DNA of 40,351 nucleotides from Gammaproteobacteria bacterium (GTDB lineage Bacteria > Pseudomonadota > Gammaproteobacteria > GCA-001735895). The notes below the pieces were generated by a model, which was given only the letters and a program-made list of their open reading frames with translations, made no database searches and was not told the origin of the DNA. Shown one piece after another: positions 18,786 to 29,856 of the stretch; position 1 is the first letter of the stretch, and every line of letters starts with the position of its first letter. The stretch lies in contig JBNKUM010000006.1 of assembly GCA_050298595.1 (NCBI GenBank), forward strand, positions 1-40,351, written 5' to 3'. The position numbers and the translations under genes are program-made.

Positions 18786-19724
18786 CTAACGAAAGTAGAA
18801 CAGCTCAAAGACACCTTTAATAATACTTACACTCCTTGCAGTCAAATACAGAAAGTCCAGATAATAAATCTGGATAAAATGCTTTATAGAGAACCTAACT
18901 AATTTTGCTCTTACAATACGTTTTACAGATAATATTAAGGGAAATAACATAAGGAAGAACAAGTTGAATAATAATAAATTTGTGAAATAAAACAGGTTTA
19001 TAAAAATAGATATAATATTAGTAATATTAAAAATAGCCAATATGAAGACAGGGTCTTTTATTGACTCGTTTATGTTTTTAATATAATTTTCTGAATGCCA
19101 TAGTTGGCGCTTAAAAAACGCCCGTACATTAAGTGCATTACCTAAGTGGATTACTGAAATATTGGTTAATATTCTTACATTTATATTTCTTTCCCGTAAT
19201 ATATTAGTAATCTTTGTGTCTTCACCGGATGTAATTTTTTCATCAAAGCCTGATATATTGAAAAACAATTTTCTTGAAATAAAAATAGAACATCCAATTA
19301 AATTTTTAGGTACTCTATTTTTATCTTCTCCTAGCAGCCATCCATCTTCAACCCAGTTTGAATTACTATGTAATAAGCACCCACCACCAAATACGTCTTC
19401 AGGAGAATTATCATAATAATCAACTCCATTCTCAAGCCAGTCCTTTGGAGCAATACAATCTGCATCAATGAATGCCAATAATTCACCAGTTGATTTAAGT
19501 GCACCGTAATTTCTTACTGCACCTACTGGGCCATTTTCCTTAGTATAAACAATAACACCAAGATCTCTGGCAATATCTGCAGTTCTATCCGTTGAATTAT
19601 TATCTACAACAATAATTTCAAATTTTTCTATTGGGTACGATTGCGAAAAAAGAGAATTGATACATTCAGCAATATACTCCTCTTCATTAAATGCTGGAAT
19701 TATCACAGATACTTTTATATTCAT
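18786..19724 (-). CDS. Glycosyltransferase family 2
   Basis: VSVIIPAFNEE, VDNNSTD, FIDAD, GED; C-terminal TM segments. Confidence 0.92.
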   Translation of the reverse strand: MNIKVSVIIPAFNEEEYIAECINSLFSQSYPIEKFEIIVVDNNSTDRTADIARDLGVIVYTKENGPVGAVRNYGALKSTGELLAFIDADCIAPKDWLENGVDYYDNSPEDVFGGGCLLHSNSNWVEDGWLLGEDKNRVPKNLIGCSIFISRKLFFNISGFDEKITSGEDTKITNILRERNINVRILTNISVIHLGNALNVRAFFKRQLWHSENYIKNINESIKDPVFILAIFNITNIISIFINLFYFTNLLLFNLFFLMLFPLILSVKRIVRAKLVRFSIKHFIQIYYLDFLYLTARSVSIIKGVFELFYFR

Positions 19725-19748
19725 CTTATTATGCTCATCAAAAAAATA

Positions 19749-21059
19749 TTATAGAGTTTTTATTTCATTTTTTCTTATTGTTACAGAATATAAAGCTGAA
19801 GATAACATAATTAACCAATATATCATTTGCACTCGAAATTGATTAATAAAAGAACTGGTAATTAATAAGCCCACATAGGAAAATTTAAAAGCATACGATA
19901 AGTAATAATAATAAATATCATTACTGTCCTTAAAGTATTCAATAATTTTATTAATCATAAAATATACTTTTATAATTATAATGAGAAATAGTGTAAAGCC
20001 AAACCACCCAACTTCAGTTAATGCTTGAAACCATATTGAATGTACGGCCTTCACTCCAGCAAACTTAAAATATTTATCTGATAAATAAATTCTGCTCAGT
20101 GATTCAAAACCACGTGCACCTACTCCTAGCGGATTGTCTTTTGCAACTTCAATAGCTGCAATCCAAAAATCAATACGATGAGATCCACTTTTATCTCCGT
20201 CTTCTATCTTATTAAGAGTAAGCATTCTGTCTATAAATGTTTGGTCCATTAACCTGTAAGCTCCTAATAAACCAATTGAAATTAATAACAATAAAATTAA
20301 AGTTTGGTTTTTTGCACGATGCTTTGAAGTAAATATAAACCATATATAAAGTAATGAGCTTACCGCTACTCCCATAAAAGCCCCCCGGCTGTTAATTAAG
20401 ACCAATCCATTAACAATGAAAACACCACTAATTAAAGCTAAGATTTTTAATTTTACAGAACCTCTCATTACGTAAAAGATTAATAAAGGTATAATTGGTA
20501 CTAGCAATGCAGCGGTTCCATTTGCTTCCGGTGCATCTATTACACCAATACCTTCAACCCTCCCCTGTGCGTTTCTACCAACAGACATTGCTTCATATCC
20601 AATATAGAGAGCGCCGACAATCATAGTTATAAGTGCGTATTCAATTTTTTGAATCGAGTCCAAAACTTTATATCCAAGAAATAAGATAATAAACATCTTG
20701 TAATACTCAATCATGAACTCGTAATGAATCTGTTGATTAATTGCATAGAAATAAGTTACACCATATATAAATATCAGCATGAATAAATATTTTATATAGG
20801 GGATATTTGTTATAGAGTTAATTTTAAATTGCTGTATTCTGAATAAGTAAGTAACAATTAGTATTATCACTGTAATTTTAGAATATGGAAGATTAGGTAG
20901 TGCACCGGACCACCACCGATTATCAGGATTTAAAAAATATACTATTTGATATAAGTAAAATGCCCATTGCGAGCCACCGATAAAACTCAGCAATATCCCG
21001 CCAATATAAACCGACACCACCAATATTGTAATTTTACCCATTTTAAAGCTGAAACCCAC
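19749..21059 (-). CDS. O-antigen ligase/Wzy-like membrane protein, exosortase-system associated
   Basis: Multi-TM; SRGAF, RIDFW...NPLGVGARGF, HSIWFQALTEVGWFG. The start may be the ATG at 21041. Confidence 0.85.
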   Translation of the reverse strand: MGFSFKMGKITILVVSVYIGGILLSFIGGSQWAFYLYQIVYFLNPDNRWWSGALPNLPYSKITVIILIVTYLFRIQQFKINSITNIPYIKYLFMLIFIYGVTYFYAINQQIHYEFMIEYYKMFIILFLGYKVLDSIQKIEYALITMIVGALYIGYEAMSVGRNAQGRVEGIGVIDAPEANGTAALLVPIIPLLIFYVMRGSVKLKILALISGVFIVNGLVLINSRGAFMGVAVSSLLYIWFIFTSKHRAKNQTLILLLLISIGLLGAYRLMDQTFIDRMLTLNKIEDGDKSGSHRIDFWIAAIEVAKDNPLGVGARGFESLSRIYLSDKYFKFAGVKAVHSIWFQALTEVGWFGFTLFLIIIIKVYFMINKIIEYFKDSNDIYYYYLSYAFKFSYVGLLITSSFINQFRVQMIYWLIMLSSALYSVTIRKNEIKTL

Positions 21060-21264
21060 ATATGTAGTTTGTTGATTATAAATTTGTTAAGGAAATTCAG
21101 ATCAATCTATGATTTTTATATTCTATCTCAAAACACCCAGATTCGTCCCTAAGATCGAAGCAATAGGCCAACTACTGCAGCTCACTTCGTTCGTAACAAA
21201 TTGGAAAATTTCTATCTCAGTCTAAAATCAACCAGGAATAATCAGAAGTTCCTAAAAATATCTT

Positions 21265-22785
21265 TCACTTCTTAGCACTCAATAGTCTTGAAAAAAAGCT
21301 ACTGATATGATTCTTTTCCGTGGTATCAAGCATCAACAAATACACAAAGATACAATATATTAGTGTACAAATTATGGCGAAGCTTAGTATCTCAAAATAA
21401 CTCCCTGGTGTGTGATAATGCAAAAAATATTCCAACACCACAAATAAAACTATTGTAGGAATGAAACCTTTCAAATGAGTTTTTCGTATATAGTACCACT
21501 TAGGGATATTAATTACCTTCAGTGTTATCCATGGAACGAAAAGTCCATAGAAAATTATTTGTGGGATTGCTGCCCCCATAGCTGCACCAATAATTCCAAA
21601 TTTTTGAACCAGTATTATGCTTAGTATTAAATTTACAACTGAAACGAGAACGCTTATATAAGAAAAAAGTTTTTGTTGTGATGTACCTAAAAGAACTGAG
21701 TAACTAATTTGTTGCGGCCCTTGAAAATATAAATTTATAAAGAGAATAACTAAAACAGCTTCACTTAAATCCCTATAATTTGGCCCCATCCAAACTGAGA
21801 TAAACACACCACCAAAAACAATCATACCAATTGATAATAGGTTAGAGATAATAAGCATATATTTTGTGCCGGATATATATATTAACTTTATCCCATTCAA
21901 ATCACCCTTTGCTTCTTTTTCACTTATCGCAGGAATATAAGTTTTGCTGATAGCCATCAATATTTTTTTTGAGTATTCGGCAAGCGTCCATGGAATTGAA
22001 TAATAGGTTACAGCTGCTGCAGAAATGAAATAGCCAATTACGAAAGCATCACTATAATAAATTATTTGATTAGCGAACATTGCTAGAAAGGTAAATTTAC
22101 TATAATTAATTATCAATCCCATCTTATGCTTACTAATTCCAGATATACTGAATTCTATATGTGGGTATTTTTTCTTAATAGTCCAATAATAAACCACCAT
22201 AGCAAACAAGTTTGCAGAAATTGATATATATCCCATAGTGATTAAATCATGGCCATGAGATAGAAATACATAAAACATAAGAGCTTTATAAACTGCAGAA
22301 ATTATTTGCACAAGATTTATTATCGTATATTTTTGAAGCCCGCCAAATATGCCTTTGAAAAGCCCACCAATTACAAAAATTGCAATATCAAAAGATACAA
22401 TTATTATTAATAAATTTACTAATTTTTTTAGACTTTGATCAATATTTATTATCCTAACAATAAAATCCGCCATGAACGGACTGATGAGAACAATGATAAG
22501 TCCCATTATAAAGAATAGCGCTAATGAAGTTGATACAATTGAACTAACATTCTTATCGTCTTTAATACTACTAAACTGAGATACATACTTATTAACCGCA
22601 GAAGATATTCCTAAATCAAGTAAATTCATATAGCCAGTAAAAGCAACGGCAATAGTCCATATTCCATATTTTATATCCCCAAGTGTGTGCACCAGGAATG
22701 GAGATAATATAAATGCAATCATTATCTGAATAAACATCCCAGAGATATTTGCTATAGCGTTTTTACTTATGGTTGCATTTGACAT
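21265..22785 (-). CDS. wzx: Wzx-type oligosaccharide flippase
   Basis: Many TM helices; PFLVHTLG..YG, DLGI, YYSDAFVIG, FGIIGAAMG. Confidence 0.88.
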   Translation of the reverse strand: MSNATISKNAIANISGMFIQIMIAFILSPFLVHTLGDIKYGIWTIAVAFTGYMNLLDLGISSAVNKYVSQFSSIKDDKNVSSIVSTSLALFFIMGLIIVLISPFMADFIVRIINIDQSLKKLVNLLIIIVSFDIAIFVIGGLFKGIFGGLQKYTIINLVQIISAVYKALMFYVFLSHGHDLITMGYISISANLFAMVVYYWTIKKKYPHIEFSISGISKHKMGLIINYSKFTFLAMFANQIIYYSDAFVIGYFISAAAVTYYSIPWTLAEYSKKILMAISKTYIPAISEKEAKGDLNGIKLIYISGTKYMLIISNLLSIGMIVFGGVFISVWMGPNYRDLSEAVLVILFINLYFQGPQQISYSVLLGTSQQKLFSYISVLVSVVNLILSIILVQKFGIIGAAMGAAIPQIIFYGLFVPWITLKVINIPKWYYIRKTHLKGFIPTIVLFVVLEYFLHYHTPGSYFEILSFAIICTLIYCIFVYLLMLDTTEKNHISSFFSRLLSAKK

Positions 22786-22794
22786 AGAGAGAAT

Positions 22795-23907
22795 TTAACT
22801 CAGATACAGTTTTTCATATGAATTGATCATACGATCAACGCTGAATTCATTCATTAGTTTTCTATTCCCAGTCTCACCATAAGATTTACTTAATACGCTA
22901 TCATTCAGAATATCTACAATCGCATGTGAAAATAGCGAAATATCATTTGATGGAACAACTCGGCCACTTATCTCGTTTTCAACAATTTCAGGGTTACCCC
23001 CAACATTAGTTACGACGCAAGGCTTTGAAAGTGCCATAGCTTCCAGCAGTGTCATTGAAGTTCCTTCGCTAAATGAAGACAATAGGAAAACCTCAAAGGT
23101 TTTTATATATTTCTGTGGATTATTGATAAAACCAGTAAAAATAACTTCCTTATTCAGACCTAACATTTTTACCTGATCTTCTAATAAACCTCTACTCGGT
23201 CCATCACCAATCAAAATGAGACGTAATGAATTGATATTTTTTTTTGCTTGAGCGAATGCATTAATCATCATCGACTGGTTTTTGATTGGATCTAATCGCG
23301 AGACGGTGCCTATGTAGCGATACCTTGGATCAAGATTTAACTCACTTAACAACTCGTCTCTTGATTGATCTATTTCTTCAATCACTCGAATTCCATTGTA
23401 AATTACCTGGATTTTTTTTCGCGGAATATACTCATATTTAGAAACAGCATCTGCGGTAGAATTTGAAATTGCGGTTATATTTTTAGTTCTCAAAAGAATT
23501 AATGGATTAATAATTCTTCTTTTAAAGTGATGTATATCAGGATAAAAACGGCCATGCTCTGTAAAAATCACCTTGGATTCTGTCAATATTGAAGAAATTA
23601 CACCATAAAAGTAAGGTGTATATTGATGACAATGTAGAACATCGACTTTTCTTAGTTTTATCAATTGATGTAAGGACAAAATTAAATTTATATCGAAACC
23701 TGGACGTCTCATAATACATTCTACATTGATACCTTTCTCCTTTAACTCCAACCCTAAAGAACCATTAAAACCATCAATACATAAAATTTCATGTGTAAAT
23801 ATTTCTGGATCTGAATTTTCTATAATCTGGCGAATTACTTGCTCAGTTCCACCAATACCCATATTAAAAGTGACATGAAGGATTTTCTTCGATACTGATT
23901 GAGTCAT
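22795..23907 (-). CDS. Glycosyltransferase family 4
   Basis: GGTE, RLDPIKN, EGTSMTLLEAMA (EX7E). Confidence 0.92.
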   Translation of the reverse strand: MTQSVSKKILHVTFNMGIGGTEQVIRQIIENSDPEIFTHEILCIDGFNGSLGLELKEKGINVECIMRRPGFDINLILSLHQLIKLRKVDVLHCHQYTPYFYGVISSILTESKVIFTEHGRFYPDIHHFKRRIINPLILLRTKNITAISNSTADAVSKYEYIPRKKIQVIYNGIRVIEEIDQSRDELLSELNLDPRYRYIGTVSRLDPIKNQSMMINAFAQAKKNINSLRLILIGDGPSRGLLEDQVKMLGLNKEVIFTGFINNPQKYIKTFEVFLLSSFSEGTSMTLLEAMALSKPCVVTNVGGNPEIVENEISGRVVPSNDISLFSHAIVDILNDSVLSKSYGETGNRKLMNEFSVDRMINSYEKLYLS

Positions 23908-23912
23908 AACTG

Positions 23913-25793
23913 TTAAACCATGTATTCTTGAAACCAGAGTTCAAACATTAATAAACTCCACAATACAGCTGAGTTGTCTCTATTTCCATTCTGGTGCTCT
24001 ATCCACAATTTTCTTATCTCAGAAATATCCATAAAAGTTGAAAGCCCATTTTCTGATTTGAACACCTTCTCTTCAAAAGAATTTTTTAATTCTTTTTTTA
24101 ACCATTGAGATAATGGTACAGAAAACCCCATTTTTTTTCGGAATAAGATTTCTTTAGGGAGCAATTTCCCAAAGGATTTTTTTAAAATATACTTTTTTTC
24201 TTTATCGTGAAGTTTCAACCTTGAAGGGATACTCGCTGCAAATTCTACAACCCTATGATCGAGTAGTGGTGCTCTAACTTCTAGTGAGTTAGCCATACAC
24301 ATCCGATCTACCTTGACAAGGATATCCCCAACCAAGTATGTCTTGATATCGGTATATAATACTCTAGACAGGTGATCTTCTGCGTCAGCAGATTGATAAT
24401 AGTTAGTTGATATATCAGATGGGTGATATCCAGACACACTGTTTTTCAGGTTATTTCTTGCCAGGCGGTCCCATGTCCCATCGGTCATAAAACTGTTAGT
24501 CAAAAAAAATCCATGGGCAGGTGACTGTTCTAAAGCCTTAAATAATGTCCCTGCTCTATTGAGTAGCCTTATCGGGCTTCTTTCAAAAGCCCCAATAAAT
24601 TGAGGCAAGATATATTTGCGTAACAAAAGCGGGACCTTACTGCGTAGATTATTCTCGTATTGGTCTATGTTATATTTACTGTATCCTGCAAAGTTTTCAT
24701 CACCTCCATCCCCCGCTAAAGCCACGGTAACCTTTCTGCGTGCAAGTTGTGAAACAAAATAGGTTGGAATAAGAGATTGATCGGCGAAAGGTTCGTCGAA
24801 AAATGAAGCAATGGTTTCAAACTTGGCTAATATATTTTCCTTAACGGTCAATTCATGATGTGCCGTCTGGTATTGTTCTGCAACTTGTCGAGCGTATTCA
24901 ACCTCATCATATTTTTTTGAGTCAAAACCAATAGAGCAGGTAATGACCGGATTAGTGCTGTTTTTGGCCATAAGGGCAACAATACCACTTGAATCCACCC
25001 CACCACTTAAAAAAGCACCGAGAGGAACATCGCTAATCATTCGCTGCCTTGTACAGGTATCTATTATTTCCAATAACTGTTCACTTATTTCTTCTGTACT
25101 CGCAACGCTTTGATCATTAAATGAAACATCCCAGTACTGTTTTGACTTAAATCCTTTATCATTTATTGTTACTGTATGACCAGGCTGGACTTTATAAATA
25201 TTATTAAATATAGATTTTGTATCCGGCACATATTGATACATAAAAAAGTCATAAACAGCATCATTTCTGATTTCTCTGGGCACAGAGTCAATTGCAAGAA
25301 TGGATTTTATCTCAGATGCAAAAATAAACTGCTTCTGGTTGTAATAGTAATAGAGAGGCTTCTTTCCTAGTCGATCTCTGGCGAGAAAAAGTTCTTTGCT
25401 GATTTTATTCCACAGGGCAATGGCAAACATACCATATAATCTTTTAACACAATCCTCGCCCTCTTTTTGATACAAAGCCAAAATGACTTCAGTATCAGTT
25501 CGAGTTTTAAAAACATAACCATCTTTTTCAAGTTCTGCCCTAAGTTCAAGAAAATTATATATTTCTCCATTAAATACAAGAACCAGATTACCATCAGCCG
25601 AAAACATAGGCTGATTTCCAGCACTGGACAGATCTATGATACTTAGCCGCCTATGACATAGTCCAACAAGTTCATCAATATACTCACCATGTGCATCTGG
25701 TCCACGATAGGCTATGCGGTCCCCCATCTTAACCAGGCTTTCTCTATTTCCCGTAGCATGATGAAACCGTGTAAATCCTGCAATTCCACACAT
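23913..25793 (-). CDS. asnB: Asparagine-synthase-like amidotransferase, EPS/XrtA-associated
   Basis: MCGIAG, HRRLSIID, NGEIYN, LSGGVDSS, GDGGDE, SLEVRAPLLD. Confidence 0.93.
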   Translation of the reverse strand: MCGIAGFTRFHHATGNRESLVKMGDRIAYRGPDAHGEYIDELVGLCHRRLSIIDLSSAGNQPMFSADGNLVLVFNGEIYNFLELRAELEKDGYVFKTRTDTEVILALYQKEGEDCVKRLYGMFAIALWNKISKELFLARDRLGKKPLYYYYNQKQFIFASEIKSILAIDSVPREIRNDAVYDFFMYQYVPDTKSIFNNIYKVQPGHTVTINDKGFKSKQYWDVSFNDQSVASTEEISEQLLEIIDTCTRQRMISDVPLGAFLSGGVDSSGIVALMAKNSTNPVITCSIGFDSKKYDEVEYARQVAEQYQTAHHELTVKENILAKFETIASFFDEPFADQSLIPTYFVSQLARRKVTVALAGDGGDENFAGYSKYNIDQYENNLRSKVPLLLRKYILPQFIGAFERSPIRLLNRAGTLFKALEQSPAHGFFLTNSFMTDGTWDRLARNNLKNSVSGYHPSDISTNYYQSADAEDHLSRVLYTDIKTYLVGDILVKVDRMCMANSLEVRAPLLDHRVVEFAASIPSRLKLHDKEKKYILKKSFGKLLPKEILFRKKMGFSVPLSQWLKKELKNSFEEKVFKSENGLSTFMDISEIRKLWIEHQNGNRDNSAVLWSLLMFELWFQEYMV

Positions 25794-25795
25794 AG

Positions 25796-26911
25796 TTATT
25801 GTTTTCCATCTAATAAAGTTTGATATAACTTTGTGTACTCATTAGCCATACGTTGACCGGAATAAGTATCATAAATGAATTGCAGCCCATTATTTGCCAA
25901 TTCATTGGCATATGCTTTATCGGTAATTATTTTTTTCCAATATTCTTTCAGTGTGGCCCGATCACCATATTTTGCTAATAATCCAGTTTTTTCATGCTCT
26001 ACTAGTTGATCTATACCAGGAATATTATAAGCTGCGACAGGTGTACCCATCGCCATTGCCTCCATTAGACATCTGGGGATACCTTCATCTGAAGATGTCA
26101 TCACAAACAAATCAAACTGGCTAAGCCACTCTAGTCGATCAGACCTAAAACCTAAAAAATGTATATCCTGAGAAGAAGGGAGTTTTTCCGCATTTTTTTC
26201 CATTTCTACTTTACTTTTACCATCTCCCAGTAAAAATAATTCCATTTGATTATTTTCCTGCCATATTTGATTAAAAATATCTAAGATGTGATCAACTTTT
26301 TTCCGCGGAATGATTTGTCCAATATACCCAATTTTTATTTTAGTATTCGAGGTTTTATCCGGTAACCTTCTGTAGTTTTCAACTTCTTTTAAATCGACAG
26401 CATTTCTGATGAATGTAATTTTATTTTCCTTAATGCCGGCCATTCGTATCTCATTTAGCAATTGCTCTGATAATGGTACTACCTGGTCAAAAAATCTTAA
26501 AAAGAACTTCCCCAAAGATATAAAAATTTTTAATTTAATATCGTTGTGCTCACCAAATCCATGTGGTGTAGATACTGACTTGATCCCAGTTATTTTCGCT
26601 GCAATGATCCCTAAAATATCAGATTTATATCCATGAGTATGGATAACATCGATATTTCGTCGATTTATCAAATCACATAACTCTTTAATAGCCGAATAAG
26701 TAAATCTCGAATTCATTTTAATCTCAAATGATCGACATTCACCTTCTATAAATTTTTTTGAAATCTCTAAAGGTTCTGCTTTTTCGTTGGTAACAACCAA
26801 ATCTGACCGTACTAAATCTGGATTTAGATTGTTACTCAATGCAAGTATCCATCCTTCAGCCCCATAAAAACCAGTCGGACAAATAAACTGTAATACGTTT
26901 ATCTTTTTCAT
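25796..26911 (-). CDS. Glycosyltransferase family 4
   Basis: YGAE, HTHGYK, EGIPRCLMEAMA. Confidence 0.92.
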   Translation of the reverse strand: MKKINVLQFICPTGFYGAEGWILALSNNLNPDLVRSDLVVTNEKAEPLEISKKFIEGECRSFEIKMNSRFTYSAIKELCDLINRRNIDVIHTHGYKSDILGIIAAKITGIKSVSTPHGFGEHNDIKLKIFISLGKFFLRFFDQVVPLSEQLLNEIRMAGIKENKITFIRNAVDLKEVENYRRLPDKTSNTKIKIGYIGQIIPRKKVDHILDIFNQIWQENNQMELFLLGDGKSKVEMEKNAEKLPSSQDIHFLGFRSDRLEWLSQFDLFVMTSSDEGIPRCLMEAMAMGTPVAAYNIPGIDQLVEHEKTGLLAKYGDRATLKEYWKKIITDKAYANELANNGLQFIYDTYSGQRMANEYTKLYQTLLDGKQ

Positions 26912-28174
26912 CTACAAACCTATCCTACTTAAAGTATCGATGAATAGTGCTATTGAAAAAATCATCATAAGTATGAATAGAATTCTAGACTTAATAGATA
27001 TTGCATATTGAAACTTATCATTATCCCGGGGGGTATTCCAGGTAACCTGGACATCACCTTTGAGGGATTGAATTACACCAAGTAAAGAATTGTAGTTAAC
27101 AATATAAAAATAATAAGGGAGTAAGAAAAATGAAGGCATCGAGTGGTGATTTTTAAAAAAATAACCCCATACGATAAACCATGTGAAAATAATTCCAGTT
27201 AGCAATATTAGCTGGAAATACATAATCTCAAACTGTGCGAGTACTACAACACCCATTGTAGCAACCAATAGAAAAAATGGTATCAGCCATCGTAATAGTT
27301 TATGAGACCATATCTCAAAAGCATAAAATCCAAATTTAAAGGGGTTTAATACCTCTTTATTATTCATCAATCCAGTAAATGAGCGATTAACGATACGCTG
27401 CTTGCGTTTACCTTCTTTATCAAAGTCACCCGCTGTCTCTTCAAAGCAGATAGCTTCATCATCGAATATTCCACGAAAACCTTGAACAATTATATGAAGA
27501 GGGTTGACAAAGTCATTAATATCCTCTCGACTTAGCCTTTGATAGAGTGATTTTCTAATCGCATAGATAGCACCATCTCCACCAACAACAGAATGCAATT
27601 TACTTTCAATCTTTTTTATAAAGATTTCATACTTCCAATATACGTCCTCACTTGATCCGGCAGAAGTATCTTTATCATCCTTATATATTGCTGCACCCAC
27701 CACATATCCTACGGATGGATCACTAAAGTTTCTAACAAGCATTTTTATCGCATCAGGCTGGTACATCGCGTTGGCATCAGAAAATACTACTATTTCTCCA
27801 TTAGCTGCGTCCAAAGCCAGATTAAGTCCCATGGTTTTACCCAGGCGCCCTTCCTGTCGAATTAGTTTAATATTCCCACTTTGAAACTTTTTAATAACTT
27901 CATCAGTACCATCATCAGATCCATCTGATACAAAGATAAATTCAACCAGTTTTTCCGGGTAGTCCAATTCAAGACAATTGTTTATCTTACTTTCAATGAT
28001 ATCAATTTCGTTATAACAGGATATAACCATCGTTACCGATGGGGTTATTTCGGTTATGTTCAATCTCTTTCCAGTTATCAGCATATTCAGCGCAATCAGT
28101 AATACGGGATAACCTATATATACATAGATTGGTAACAATAAAGAAATTAATGTGAGGGTTATGAGGAAAGTCAT
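26912..28174 (-). CDS. Glycosyltransferase family 2 (CESA-like, membrane)
   Basis: SDGSDDGT, FSDAN, GAIYAIR, HKLLRW; N- and C-terminal TM segments. Confidence 0.92.
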   Translation of the reverse strand: MTFLITLTLISLLLPIYVYIGYPVLLIALNMLITGKRLNITEITPSVTMVISCYNEIDIIESKINNCLELDYPEKLVEFIFVSDGSDDGTDEVIKKFQSGNIKLIRQEGRLGKTMGLNLALDAANGEIVVFSDANAMYQPDAIKMLVRNFSDPSVGYVVGAAIYKDDKDTSAGSSEDVYWKYEIFIKKIESKLHSVVGGDGAIYAIRKSLYQRLSREDINDFVNPLHIIVQGFRGIFDDEAICFEETAGDFDKEGKRKQRIVNRSFTGLMNNKEVLNPFKFGFYAFEIWSHKLLRWLIPFFLLVATMGVVVLAQFEIMYFQLILLTGIIFTWFIVWGYFFKNHHSMPSFFLLPYYFYIVNYNSLLGVIQSLKGDVQVTWNTPRDNDKFQYAISIKSRILFILMMIFSIALFIDTLSRIGL

Positions 28175-29220
28175 TACAGAGATATATAACCTCTAACTCG
28201 AGGGCCAATGGCGTTTACTAAGGATAAGGGCATTTTTTTCCAGATTGACTCTACAAATTGACGGGCACTACCTGGACCACTAATATCTTGATCAATATAA
28301 CGCCCCTGGTTATCCAGAGTATACCAATCTAACAATACGGGCCTTGCGCCCCATTGTTGCTTGAATTTATAGGTGCCTTCACCAAAGCTAGATCTTCCAA
28401 AATCAAATAAATTACACTTTCTATCGCAGGATACTTTTAAAAGATTCCAATATAGCAACATATTCGGGGCTAGATGATTATAGCTGCGAAGTGTAGAAGC
28501 CCAGGGAATCGATACATTTTTACCACTGAATAAAAGTATTCCAGATCCGATAATTTGACTGCCTAACCAAACTCTGCCTACTAGCATATCTTCCTTAAAG
28601 AGTTTAGATATTTCCCTGAACCATTTTATTGAATGAGTGGGAGACCCAAGGTCATGCATGTTACGGGAAAAAACATAAAAGAAATCATCTATGCTATCTT
28701 TACTATTTGAAGCATCAAAAGTTAAACCGTTTTTTTCAGATTTTCGAATTTGGCTTCGTAGTTTAGACTTAAACCCCGTAAAAAGTTCATCGGAGTTTTT
28801 GGGGAGCTCTAAAAGCATGCTGACTTTTTGTGTCTTTTTCTCTTCTACATCAATTTCAGAAGCATAATTTCGACTTCGAATTTCCAACTTACGAAGATTT
28901 TTTTCATTTAAAAGCTCTATTGCATAACCTAATAAAGATTCTTTTACCTCATCGTTTATTGATAGAATACCCCCAATGTCGCAATAGGGTAGAGAGCATA
29001 AAGATAATTTATTTGATATGTCTTTAAACTTACAAAGAGGGAAAACTCCAACGATTTTATTTCCCGATTTAGCTATCAGATAAAAAAAATCATGCCCGTA
29101 TGCTGATATTATTGATTTAACCCAATGCGTTTTAAGATATGGAGAACCACCAAATTTATCGACAAATTGGTTTACTAAATACTCCGATTCAGCATCAAGC
29201 AAAGAAATATCAATTTTCAT
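28174..29220 (-). CDS. FemAB-like GNAT protein, XrtA/PEP-CTERM system associated
   Basis: SLPYCDIGG, KLRSQIRK, PNMLLYW, FDFGRS, FKQQWGA. Confidence 0.9.
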   Translation of the reverse strand: MKIDISLLDAESEYLVNQFVDKFGGSPYLKTHWVKSIISAYGHDFFYLIAKSGNKIVGVFPLCKFKDISNKLSLCSLPYCDIGGILSINDEVKESLLGYAIELLNEKNLRKLEIRSRNYASEIDVEEKKTQKVSMLLELPKNSDELFTGFKSKLRSQIRKSEKNGLTFDASNSKDSIDDFFYVFSRNMHDLGSPTHSIKWFREISKLFKEDMLVGRVWLGSQIIGSGILLFSGKNVSIPWASTLRSYNHLAPNMLLYWNLLKVSCDRKCNLFDFGRSSFGEGTYKFKQQWGARPVLLDWYTLDNQGRYIDQDISGPGSARQFVESIWKKMPLSLVNAIGPRVRGYISL

Positions 29221-29263
29221 ATAAGAGAGAAAAAGTAAAAAAGTAAAACCAGTGAATTATAAA

Positions 29264-29842
29264 TCATTTTCTTGATTTAATAAGCTTAGCCGGATTACCT
29301 GCCATTACTGAGTAATCCAAAACGTCTTTCGTGACAACAGACCCAGCCCCTATAATGCATTTTTTCCCAACATTTGCCATCACAAGGCTGCCATTTCCTA
29401 TCCAGCTATCATCGCCAATTTCAATTTTTTCATAACTTCCTCCCTGCTGCTGTATCGGTATATCCAGATTTTCGAAATTATGTTGATTACTTCCACTCAT
29501 GATATGTACTCCACTGGCTATAAGTGTATTATCACCAATTTTGCACATGCCAATATTACACTGGGGGCCAATATATACACCGGTTCCAATTTCAGTATCA
29601 TGCTGGGAAAATATTGTTCCAAAGCCAATTACGCAGTTATAATCACAGTGTTTCATAGCCAACCGATAAAAACCTATACGCATAAAACTACCAAATTTTC
29701 CTGGCACAAGACAAAGCAATTGAGAAAAACTGGAGAAGCATTTTTTATCTGTAAACTTGGCTTCAAGTGAATATAAGATAAATAACGGCCACATAATTAG
29801 CATAAATATATCAGCAATTATTTTTTTGAAGTATCGCCTCAT
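29264..29842 (-). CDS. Hexapeptide-repeat (LbH) O-acyltransferase
   Basis: IGDDSWIG, IIGAGSVVTKDV, AGNPAK. I chose the ATG at 29842 because it avoids overlapping the upstream gene. Confidence 0.9.
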   Translation of the reverse strand: MRRYFKKIIADIFMLIMWPLFILYSLEAKFTDKKCFSSFSQLLCLVPGKFGSFMRIGFYRLAMKHCDYNCVIGFGTIFSQHDTEIGTGVYIGPQCNIGMCKIGDNTLIASGVHIMSGSNQHNFENLDIPIQQQGGSYEKIEIGDDSWIGNGSLVMANVGKKCIIGAGSVVTKDVLDYSVMAGNPAKLIKSRK

Positions 29843-29856
29843 TACCGGGGAAAACG

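Noticed and set aside
21130-21215. Repeat or attC-like remnant between wzx and the ligase gene
   Set aside because: Single copy with no clear pairing.
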